IMG/VR virus record: IMGVR_UViG_3300035698_029335
Location: 13,459-77,458 of that record
Source: a virus
Strand: one strand, 5' to 3'
Length of the DNA stretch: 64,000 bases
The notes under the pieces are model-generated. The model was given only the letters and a program-made list of their open reading frames with translations, did not search any database and was not told the origin of the DNA. Below, piece after piece: positions 18,214-26,348 of the stretch (the stretch's first letter is position 1; every line of letters begins with the position of its first letter). Made by a program: the position numbers and the translations under genes.

Positions 18214-19356
18214 CTAGCTCTTAGCAGCTGCTTCTTCAGCCTCTTTCTTGGCTTGCATCCCAGTCAACAACTCACGAAGGTAAATAGAGACAGCTGTTTT
18301 CTTGCCATTAATAGTCACAGGTTGTGCATGCAAAGCAACAGTGTTTTCCGTCGGACCAACATTGAGTCCTCCCCAGATCTTCATGGCTGCTTCCGATGGC
18401 AAGGTGATGAAGTATTCACCAAGATTCTTGATCTGCTTCTTGGTCAACTTCTTAGCGAGCGACTCCATTGTTGCCATCTTCTCGATCAAGGTCAAGTGCT
18501 CAATAAGACCGTAGTCTTTAGTCAGCTCGAGCTTACCCTTGTCGATGATGTCAGCTGGCGACACTTGACGGTCATAAGATCCGAAGAAGTCTGAGAACGC
18601 ACAGGCTGCTTCAAACCCTACATAGCCAAGAGACAGAAGACGAATCTTATCGCTCCACTCTTCGAGCAGCCCTGATTCTCGCATGGTGTCATTCAGACGC
18701 TTCCAGGAGCGTCGCGAAGGGTACTTCTTATTTGCCACGAAGTCATCCTTCGCGTTCTCAAGGTGAGGAATGTTCTGATTCACGAAATCAAGAACAACCT
18801 TGTCGAGGTTATTATGCCCCAGCTCTCTGCCATCGGCATCACGAGCAGGAGCTTTGCCCCATTGCATCCAATCTTCAACAGAAGGAGAAATGTCGTATAC
18901 AGTCCAGCGATCGAGTTCTGCCGGATCCATCTCACCAACTTGATATTGTGCCCCCTCGTCACCCCCATTAACTGCCGCGACTACCAAAGTGTCCTTGTGT
19001 AGGGCAAAGCCGTTGAGCTTTCGCGAGTCAGTAAGCTCGAAGATGCCTTGACGTACTTCGATTACGGCACGGTCAACTTCATCGAGGAACAACATTACTG
19101 GGCTGCAGCATGCATCTTTAAACCAGTCTGGCGGGTTCCAAGCCGTTGCTGCATCTTCAATAGTCGGCAACCCAACCAGGTCACCTTCAGTCATTTGTGA
19201 GGCACGTCGTTCGACGACGCGAAGACCAAGATCTGCAGCTGCTTGGTAGACGACCTCAGATTTACCAATTCCATGTCGACCACGGATCATTAGCGGGTGC
19301 TTTGCTTCAAATACGAATGGAGCGATTTCACGGAACGTAGCAAAGTCAATCTTCAT
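18214..19356 (-). CDS. MoxR-like AAA+ ATPase
   Basis: Walker A GRHGIGKS, Walker B LFLDEVDRA, sensor AAVN, MDPA..DRW, SRRSW. Confidence 0.88.
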   Translation of the reverse strand: MKIDFATFREIAPFVFEAKHPLMIRGRHGIGKSEVVYQAAADLGLRVVERRASQMTEGDLVGLPTIEDAATAWNPPDWFKDACCSPVMLFLDEVDRAVIEVRQGIFELTDSRKLNGFALHKDTLVVAAVNGGDEGAQYQVGEMDPAELDRWTVYDISPSVEDWMQWGKAPARDADGRELGHNNLDKVVLDFVNQNIPHLENAKDDFVANKKYPSRRSWKRLNDTMRESGLLEEWSDKIRLLSLGYVGFEAACAFSDFFGSYDRQVSPADIIDKGKLELTKDYGLIEHLTLIEKMATMESLAKKLTKKQIKNLGEYFITLPSEAAMKIWGGLNVGPTENTVALHAQPVTINGKKTAVSIYLRELLTGMQAKKEAEEAAAKS

Positions 19357-19402
19357 TTCTCATCCTTTAGCAGAGAGTGGTTTGTTTGTCTCTCTTGGAA
19401 CC

Positions 19403-19431
19403 AGTCTATCAGATCATTTCTAATGTGTCAA
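19403..19431 (-). promoter_or_regulatory. early promoter, ATGATCTG class
   Basis: TTGACA-cattagaa-ATGATCTG-a-TAGACT. Confidence 0.85.
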
Positions 19432-19567
19432 CGTTCCTGGTGGTGTTTTTTATTCTTCTTTATAAACAGATAGTTATGCGGCTGTAGCTCTTATTTCTGT
19501 TCCTCCACAGTTCCTCTTTAAGGCTGCGCAGGGGAATGATCACTTTTGAGATCAAAAAAGCCAGACA

Positions 19568-19923
19568 TCAGCCTGGCAGTCTTCCGTCATATTTATCGAA
19601 GTCGCTTTCCCACATCTCCGCCACCGTATATCCTTGTTCTTGCAGAGCCTTTTTTCTTTTCAGCCACTCGTTGTGTAATGCACCATATTTTTTTTGACAA
19701 CCGGGTTTGTTCCCTCAGCTAGGTATTTGTCTGGCGAGTGTGCCGAGCGCACATTGGGCAACCTGCTGCACTACTTATGTGATTGCTAGGTGATTGCATA
19801 AAGACTCCGTGTTCTAAGCACACTATCTTTACTTTTGTGCGCGCCCTTGTAGTCAGTCAAATTATAGTTATAAGTGCCTTTGTGCACTAACCTAGCTCGT
19901 TTGATAAACTCATCTGTAGTCAT
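19568..19923 (-). pseudogene. miniature degraded copy of the repeat-module endonuclease
   Basis: MTTDEFIKRARLVH..., one frameshifted module, catalytic core missing, tail GYTV.EMWESDFDK with DNA near-identical to 50633-50687. Confidence 0.8.
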
Positions 19924-19934
19924 TGTTCTCCTAC

Positions 19935-20165
19935 TCATTCTTGATCCCACTTCCTGAACATCGAGACCTGATACCAGTCATCATCCTGGGTGGTGTACTT
20001 CTGACATGTGACATACTCTCCATTCCATTGGAAGGCTGGAGCGCCGTCGCCCCATTGTACAGCCATCGCAACGATAAGTTTAAATTCTCCTTTGAGACCA
20101 AAGTTCGCCCAACTTTCCCCTGTCAATTGTACAAGATCACCTATTTCAATTTCTTGTTCACTCAT
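19935..20165 (-). CDS. GDLV-family array unit 5
   Basis: MSEQEIEIGDLVQLTGESW. Confidence 0.75.
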   Translation of the reverse strand: MSEQEIEIGDLVQLTGESWANFGLKGEFKLIVAMAVQWGDGAPAFQWNGEYVTCQKYTTQDDDWYQVSMFRKWDQE

Positions 20166-20401
20166 GGGATGTATACATTACTTACAATGGTGGCTGAGTA
20201 GTCTTCGTAGCCACTTACGTAAGTTTCTTTACAATAAATGCTCAGGTAGTCGTAGATGTTGCCACTATCATAAGCAATTCTCGGGTGCTTCCCCACACCA
20301 ATGATAAGTGTCATTGTGTTGTACAACTCTGGAAAGTCACTCCGCCATGTAAGCCCAGTCAACTGCACAAGATCACCTATTTCGAATTCTTGCTCTTTCA
20401 T
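20162..20401 (-). CDS. GDLV-family array unit 4
   Basis: MKEQEFEIGDLVQLTG...DYSATIVSNVYIP. Confidence 0.75.
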   Translation of the reverse strand: MKEQEFEIGDLVQLTGLTWRSDFPELYNTMTLIIGVGKHPRIAYDSGNIYDYLSIYCKETYVSGYEDYSATIVSNVYIP

Positions 20402-20592
20402 GGTTTATATACTTTGCTTACAATAGTGGCTGCCCACCTTTCATTGACGTAATACAATTCGCCATTGTTAATAAACGCTGGTCCAAACATGTCTGATGTT
20501 GTTAATAATACAACGCTATCTTTAAGTTCTCCCCACCAATCTGCACCAGTTAATCTTACCAAGTCTCCTATTTCAAACTCTTGTTTTTTCAT
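20398..20592 (-). CDS. GDLV-family array unit 3
   Basis: MKKQEFEIGDLVRLTG...AATIVSKVYKP. Confidence 0.75.
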   Translation of the reverse strand: MKKQEFEIGDLVRLTGADWWGELKDSVVLLTTSDMFGPAFINNGELYYVNERWAATIVSKVYKP

Positions 20593-20784
20593 GGTCTACA
20601 TACCTTACTTACAATAGTGGCTGAGAAGTCGGTTTCGTATTCATCATAATAATAAATACTCCAGGTTTGCCGACAGGTCGAGAATGAGCCAACTGGAAAT
20701 ACCGGATCACCTTCAGCGTCATAACCAGTAATTCTGACCAGTCAGAATTACCAGGTCACCTATTTCAATTTTTTGTTCACTCAT
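20589..20784 (-). pseudogene. GDLV-family array unit 2, frameshifted
   Basis: MSEQKIEIGDLVILTG then an early TGA; the other frame reads VRITGYDAEGDPVF...DFSATIVSKVCRP. Confidence 0.75.
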
Positions 20785-20984
20785 GGATTGTATACCTTAC
20801 TTACAACTGTAACTTCCCATTCCTCGCCAACATAATATTTTTCACAATCAATAGGATCACAAAAACATGGCTGATAGGAGTTATTGAGTGACGTTATCAA
20901 TACAGTTTTGTTTTTAACTTCTTCCCACCAAGCATCACCAGTCAATTGTACAAGATCACCTATTTCAATTTCTTGCTCTTTCAT
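20781..20984 (-). CDS. GDLV-family array unit 1
   Basis: MKEQEIEIGDLVQLTG...VTVVSKVYNP. Confidence 0.75.
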   Translation of the reverse strand: MKEQEIEIGDLVQLTGDAWWEEVKNKTVLITSLNNSYQPCFCDPIDCEKYYVGEEWEVTVVSKVYNP

Positions 20985-21012
20985 GGTTTATATACTTTGC
21001 TTACAATAGTGG

Positions 21013-21663
21013 CTATAGTTTATACTTTTTAATGTCGCGCTCCTCTACCGTTACAGCACAAGTTCCACCAACAGGCATCAAGAGGTATTTTTTCGCCCCC
21101 ATTGCATGAGATGTTGGGACCTGGTGGTTAGAAGCAACGACGAGAGCGGCTTTCCACTCTGCAATATCTTTGAGGTGCTTCTTCAGAGTAACAAGCGCAC
21201 CATCAGCGAACTTTGGCTTTTCAGTGTATGCTATATAATAGCCTTCTGCGTACTTGCTGTGCACAAATTGCTTGTAAGTTCTCCTTGGCACAACATAGTC
21301 TTCTTCTTCAAAAATCCTGCTTATTAGTGCGCCCCAATAGCCAGTCTGATTGAGTTTGTTTGTCTCAAAGTAGAACTTAGCCATGATCATTGCACGTGGT
21401 CGCAATTCTGTTAAGTAATCACGCTTGTGCTTTTCTTCAAGCGCTAAGTAAGCCGGAGCGGTAGTTTCTTCGATTTTCTCAAAAGTTTTCATTTGCGCGT
21501 AGCTGAGATCACCATATTTTCGAAGAGTTTGCTCAATAGACTCAAGAAATTTCTTGTTCCACTCCGAAGTGTTGTCGGAGAGGGCTTCTGCTGTGTTTTG
21601 AATTCTCTCAAGGATCTGGTCAGGCATTCTAAACTCCTCTGTATGTATACTCCATCTTATCAC
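21013..21663 (-). CDS. hypothetical protein with C-terminal SH3-like module
   Basis: W...FLESI......LS..Q N-terminal motif; PKF..GALV C-terminal module. Confidence 0.65.
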   Translation of the reverse strand: MIRWSIHTEEFRMPDQILERIQNTAEALSDNTSEWNKKFLESIEQTLRKYGDLSYAQMKTFEKIEETTAPAYLALEEKHKRDYLTELRPRAMIMAKFYFETNKLNQTGYWGALISRIFEEEDYVVPRRTYKQFVHSKYAEGYYIAYTEKPKFADGALVTLKKHLKDIAEWKAALVVASNHQVPTSHAMGAKKYLLMPVGGTCAVTVEERDIKKYKL

Positions 21664-21902
21664 GGATCACTTTGAGAGTCAACCTCCATTTCCTCGCACG
21701 CCACCAACAAGCGCAGGCAGCGCAGCGCTATGTATTGTGGTCTCCTGGCTTTTCGAAACTTAACTACAAACCATGCCGATGGTAATACTGGCTTCTCAGT
21801 GACTACGCCGACGTCGCTCTGCAAATACCCAAAGAGACTGGTCGAATATTTGTCATCAGCTATGCATACCAAGTCGCCAACACTAATATCTTCTCGGTTC
21901 AT
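21660..21902 (-). CDS. GDLV-family protein
   Basis: ISVGDLVC...GVV...FVVKF...LRLLV. Confidence 0.65.
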   Translation of the reverse strand: MNREDISVGDLVCIADDKYSTSLFGYLQSDVGVVTEKPVLPSAWFVVKFRKARRPQYIALRCLRLLVACEEMEVDSQSDP

Positions 21903-22786
21903 AGTTCACGCTCACGCACTTTACTTGCAAGAGTGGCTGTATAATCGATCGCGTATTTGTGGACCCTAATCAATAGAATGTCTTTGGTAGCTACATACTT
22001 TTCGAGCATCAGATCTTTCTTTTGTACAACTTCAAGCTGCCCATGTATTTCTCTAAAATGATGTGGACCATCAACTTCTATTATCACCTTCATCCTTTTC
22101 GCATATATATCTATTTGCTTTCTCGACGTCAAGTTCATATCGAATAATACACTTTTTATCTGCCTGTTACTCTTAAAATCATATGTCGGAAATCTTTCCT
22201 TAATGTACATATACATCCACTTCTCTGGTTTAGACTTATACTTGTGCATTTGCTTTATACATTTGTTGTAGAAATCTTCTGGATTTTCTTTCCTCCATCG
22301 AGCAAGTACTTCAGCTCTCTTGTCTTGCACATCTTGTCTGGCTGAAGTTTTCATTGCTGTCTTTGAAGCACGTTCTCTAAAATCCTCTCTTTTGTTCAGA
22401 TTCCCAAGGAGTCTTGAGCGGCGAAGCCTCTCGGCAGGATTAGCCATTATCGATTTTGTTACAACTTGACCCATCCTAAGTTTTGCCTTCTCGGTCATGG
22501 TTTCATACCCCATCTCTTTACATCTGCTATTACTGCAGTTGTGCTCCTCCTTATAGTGTGGCGACAAATCGGCAGATACAAAGCTGCACAACTCACACGC
22601 TATAAGGTCTCCCAATTCTACACCCCTTTCCTTACAAAGCTCACAAACGTATCTGTGATTGAAGAAAGCCTTTATACTGTATAGTTCATAATCGCAAGCT
22701 ACAGCAGTTCCAAACCTCTCTTCGCAATCTCTCTTATTGGCAGCTTTTCTCCGCATTTTGTCCTGAATTTGTGATCTTTCGTGCAT
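21899..22786 (-). CDS. Vsr/DUF559-like endonuclease adjacent to the DnaE split intein, probably C-terminally disrupted
   Basis: SKPE, QIDIY, IIEVDGPHH, KD, LLIRV; the tail DYTATLASKV is GDLV-family sequence. Confidence 0.7.
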   Translation of the reverse strand: MHERSQIQDKMRRKAANKRDCEERFGTAVACDYELYSIKAFFNHRYVCELCKERGVELGDLIACELCSFVSADLSPHYKEEHNCSNSRCKEMGYETMTEKAKLRMGQVVTKSIMANPAERLRRSRLLGNLNKREDFRERASKTAMKTSARQDVQDKRAEVLARWRKENPEDFYNKCIKQMHKYKSKPEKWMYMYIKERFPTYDFKSNRQIKSVLFDMNLTSRKQIDIYAKRMKVIIEVDGPHHFREIHGQLEVVQKKDLMLEKYVATKDILLIRVHKYAIDYTATLASKVREREL

Positions 22787-25578
22787 CTTATTACTCTCCC
22801 GTCACTTAAAGTATACTTATACACTTTTTTGACGCCGTTTTTATGTCTCTTTTTGACAGGGAGAAAAATATCCTTTTTCGTCTTTTCAGAGCGCGAACGC
22901 ACAATATCACCTGGCAGTACGTCAATAATCCTCTTATCACACAAAACATCACCACCGTCACTATAAATAGTAACCAGTTCATCAAAGTGCAAGCAAGCGT
23001 TGAAACCATAGCCAGCCCATAGCTCGCAGGAATGATACAACTTTTCTGCATCCATCTTACTAATTCCTTTTTCAATGCAGCCATCAATAAACTTCGGCTT
23101 AATCTCAGCCAACACCTTGTCTGCTTTGCCAGTACCCTTCTTAGTTAATACCTTTCTGAAGATGTTTCCGTCGTTCAGCGAAATACCTTTGCCAAGCTTG
23201 TGTGCCAATAATGCGATTTGTTCTTGAAACACAAGGAACCCATAAGTATCTTCGGTAACTTCTTTATGTAGTGGATGCAAATACTCAATTGAAGATGGGT
23301 CTTTTCTTGCTTCAATATACAACTTATCCACCTTCATACCCAATGCAGCTGGTCGAAAGATAGAAGTGACTGCTGAAATATCAGTGATATTGGTAGGCTT
23401 TACTTTTGTGCAAAACTTCTGTGCTCCTTCACCTGTAAATTGAAAGATGCCAGCCCACTTGCCTTGATGGAACACTTCTTCATATACTCTTTGATCGTCC
23501 ACGTCCAAAACATCTGGGTGTAGATTTTCATCATAATACTTCCTAACATCCTCAAAAGAAGGTCTCTTGATGCCGCGTGTGCGCTGCAGAATTCTCCTTG
23601 TCGCACCATCGATCATCTCTAAAGTAGACAAACCTAAGATGTCGAACTTAATAAAGCCCATAGGTTCCAAGTGCCTAACATTTTGACCTTCACTCCACGG
23701 CGTTTGACGTACACCCTTGCCGCTGATTAGTGGCATGTATTTGTTTAAGTCTTCTCCAATAACGCAGCCACCAGCATGCTTTGACTGACTACGAATGGAG
23801 CCGTAAAGTGCATCAATATACACTTCCACTTGTGGGTGTTTAACTAGAAACTTGTTAAGCGTATCACTGTATTTTTTGATTTCCTCAAAAGTAGGCACAT
23901 ATATACCAGTCTTTATGCCATTAGCTTTTTTAGCAGCTGGTGTTGCCTCTGAAATCATCTTACCGGTCACAACATTGACCTCAGCAAAAGGTATATCATA
24001 AAGCTTCGAGATGTCTTTGACTAACGATTTCAGTTGCAAAGTATTCCAGTTGGTAATAGGTACCACTCGGTTCTCGCCCCAATCTTCGATAAGCAAATCT
24101 TTCAATTCTGATGGATTTGAAACATCATAATCGATATCAGGCATATCAACTGCATCCGCACGCAAGAAGCGTTCGAATTGTAGGTTGTATTTTATAGGAT
24201 CAATCTGCGTAATACCAAGCGCATATGCCACGATGCTACCAGCTGCAGAGCCTCGCCCAGGAGCAGTTAATTGTACTTTTACAGCCTTATCTGCAATAGC
24301 ATTCATTGTCAAGAAGTATTTTGCAAAATTAAGCTTAGAGATTACCCCTAGTTCGTACTCAATTCTGTTCGTGTATGCGTTAGATATACGATATATCCTT
24401 TTCTTGCTTTTGTTCTTAATACTGAAGACCTTTTTCAGTCCTATCCCAACCAGCTCTTTTAGTTCTTCATCAGCCGTTTTACCTTCAGGCACAACAAAGT
24501 CAGGCAAACGAATTGTTGTGTCTGGCGCAAAATCTTCGATTACGTCATGAGCAATACTGTGTGTTAACTCGATGGATTTTAGCACCAAGTCATCATCATA
24601 TTTAATGTCCAAATCTTTCGTATATTTCTTGTACGCTTCCCACATCTGATTGCCGTTTTTAGGATACAATTCATACCCAACTTCTTCAACAGTCGAAGGG
24701 ATATCTTCGATGGACGCGCCCTTGCCTCCCATCCAGCCCAACTTCTTGTATACTAGTCGTGACTGCCATGCTTCGGGGCTAGGGTAGTGGCTGTCAGCTG
24801 TAGAGATTAGTTGTACTCCAAACTCCTTAGCCACCTTAATTACTAATTGATTAATTTCGTGTTGTTCAGGAATTGCATTCCACTGCAGCTCTGCATACCA
24901 TCTATCACCAAAAATACCTTGCATCCTTCGTGTAGTTTCGCGCATTGCCTCTAGGACTGTTTCCTCCCCTTCCTCTCTATGCAACCAATAATCTTGAGCA
25001 TAAATTCCACCCATACAAGCCGATGTTGCAATAACGCCTTCGCTGTGCTTCTCCAACAGAGCATAGTCAATGCGAGGGAAGCGATAAAAGTTCTTCTCAG
25101 TGTAGGATTGTGAAATAATCTGAAAGAGGTTGTTTAACCCTGTTTGGTTTTGCGCCAACAGGATCATATGCGCTCTTCTGTTTACTATGTTTTTATTACT
25201 TTTTTTAGTTTCTTCTTCATCTTCGATAGTAGCGCCAATAGATGAACCTTCATCTTTCTTTTTTCTACCTTTCTTAGTTTTATTTTCTTCCGCAATCCGC
25301 TCTTTGTCGAGCTTCCATTGTGTTAGGTCTGGGTGGAAGTAAGCCTCTACACCATAGATTGCCTTAAACTCTTTACCAGCTTCTTTCATCTTCTTGGTAT
25401 GCAATACTTGCTCTACTAGACCGTTCATATGCCCATGGTTTGTGATAGCCATAGCATCTCCTCCGTTTTGATAACAAAAATCAAGATGTTGATCAGTAGG
25501 ACCAAACCCGTCAAAAATTGAATATCCGTCATGAGCATGCAAATTGACATATGGGATTTTAGAAACTGTTCTTTTCAT
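22699..25578 (-). CDS. dnaE: DnaE N-terminal part (861 aa) plus 98-aa split-intein N fragment
   Basis: PHP NLHAH..YS..DG, TNHG, GRGSAAGS, PDIDYD, KFDILGL, GIFQF, GYGFNA|CL. Confidence 0.95.
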   Translation of the reverse strand: MKRTVSKIPYVNLHAHDGYSIFDGFGPTDQHLDFCYQNGGDAMAITNHGHMNGLVEQVLHTKKMKEAGKEFKAIYGVEAYFHPDLTQWKLDKERIAEENKTKKGRKKKDEGSSIGATIEDEEETKKSNKNIVNRRAHMILLAQNQTGLNNLFQIISQSYTEKNFYRFPRIDYALLEKHSEGVIATSACMGGIYAQDYWLHREEGEETVLEAMRETTRRMQGIFGDRWYAELQWNAIPEQHEINQLVIKVAKEFGVQLISTADSHYPSPEAWQSRLVYKKLGWMGGKGASIEDIPSTVEEVGYELYPKNGNQMWEAYKKYTKDLDIKYDDDLVLKSIELTHSIAHDVIEDFAPDTTIRLPDFVVPEGKTADEELKELVGIGLKKVFSIKNKSKKRIYRISNAYTNRIEYELGVISKLNFAKYFLTMNAIADKAVKVQLTAPGRGSAAGSIVAYALGITQIDPIKYNLQFERFLRADAVDMPDIDYDVSNPSELKDLLIEDWGENRVVPITNWNTLQLKSLVKDISKLYDIPFAEVNVVTGKMISEATPAAKKANGIKTGIYVPTFEEIKKYSDTLNKFLVKHPQVEVYIDALYGSIRSQSKHAGGCVIGEDLNKYMPLISGKGVRQTPWSEGQNVRHLEPMGFIKFDILGLSTLEMIDGATRRILQRTRGIKRPSFEDVRKYYDENLHPDVLDVDDQRVYEEVFHQGKWAGIFQFTGEGAQKFCTKVKPTNITDISAVTSIFRPAALGMKVDKLYIEARKDPSSIEYLHPLHKEVTEDTYGFLVFQEQIALLAHKLGKGISLNDGNIFRKVLTKKGTGKADKVLAEIKPKFIDGCIEKGISKMDAEKLYHSCELWAGYGFNACLHFDELVTIYSDGGDVLCDKRIIDVLPGDIVRSRSEKTKKDIFLPVKKRHKNGVKKVYKYTLSDGRVIRCTKDHKFRTKCGEKLPIREIAKRGLELL
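22702..22995 (-). mobile_element. split intein N fragment (DnaE)
   Basis: Block A CLHFDE, block B IRCTKDHKF, ends LPIREIAKRGLELL-stop. Confidence 0.92.
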
Positions 25579-26330
25579 TCTTCTCTCCAGTGATGATTTA
25601 AGATTACCCTATTACAATAGGTTCTACTTAAGTTATATTGTTTAGCTAGTGCTGTTATTGTAATGTCGCCTTGTGCATGGCGCTGTCGCATCTCTTTAAC
25701 GATTTCCCATGTTAACTTGTGCCCTCCTTTTGCACACAACCGTGCTTTTCTAAGGATCGACATTTTTTCTTTAATTTCAACTGAATGGAGTTCCCCGTGC
25801 ATAGGGTTACCTTTGCCTTGCATTCTCTTACTTTGTTCTGGTCGTTTCTTGCCTTTGCACCATGACTCCTTACCTTTTAGCGCTTTTGATAACTTTTCTC
25901 TTGTCTCGGGCGATTGAGTCTTGCCATACATAGGACTCAGATCTCCCCTCATTCCATACATCGGGTTGTTTTCACCGGATACATCAGCATGATTTTCAGA
26001 CATCCTCTTTCGTGCCTCTTCGGAGTGCTTTCTACCTAATGTATTTCCTGCTTTTGGGCAAATATTGATCAGCTGGCAAAATTCATAACTATCAATAACC
26101 GCCTACTCGCTCTCTATAAGTAATGCGGTTGTTGCAACTTGTTGAACTATTTCGAAACATATATCCTCCTCACCAAACTTATTATACACTCTTTGTAAAT
26201 GTATGTTGCCATGCTTATTGCCCCTTAGCATGCTTAAGTGATGAGCTTTACGTTTTGCAAAATTTATAGCGGAGCCTATATAAAACTTATCATAATTTGC
26301 AAAACAAATCTTGTATATAACATTGTTCAT
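25575..26330 (-). pseudogene. GIY-YIG/NUMOD3 homing endonuclease interrupted by an in-frame TAG
   Basis: VIY...FYIGSA...R...H; E-TAG-AVID at 26103-26105; the same frame continues G.KHSEEAR and GENNPMYG repeats. Confidence 0.8.
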
Positions 26331-26348
26331 TAATACTATTCTCCATCC

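Larger units (their letters stand above)
20117..21014 (-). repeat. five ~78-bp direct repeats, spacing 191-236 bp, spanning gene junctions
   Basis: Consensus AGCCACTATTGTAAGyAArGTAT...CCATGA..GA.CAAGAAATTGAAATAGGTGAyCTkGTA...yTGACTGG with right ends at 20195, 20431, 20622, 20814, 21014. Confidence 0.9.

Noticed and set aside
20117-21014. CRISPR array
   Set aside because: The repeats are ~78 bp, degenerate and protein-coding, the spacers are over 110 bp, and no cas genes are present.
19935-21014. Diversity-generating retroelement or integron
   Set aside because: There is no reverse transcriptase or integrase in the window, differences are not adenine-specific, and no attC-like palindromes are seen.
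26103-26105. Genome-wide TAG-to-Gln recoding (code 15)
   Set aside because: Conserved genes such as clpP, thyX and the SSB end at TAG at their expected C-termini, and long genes are not fragmented; only this endonuclease is affected.
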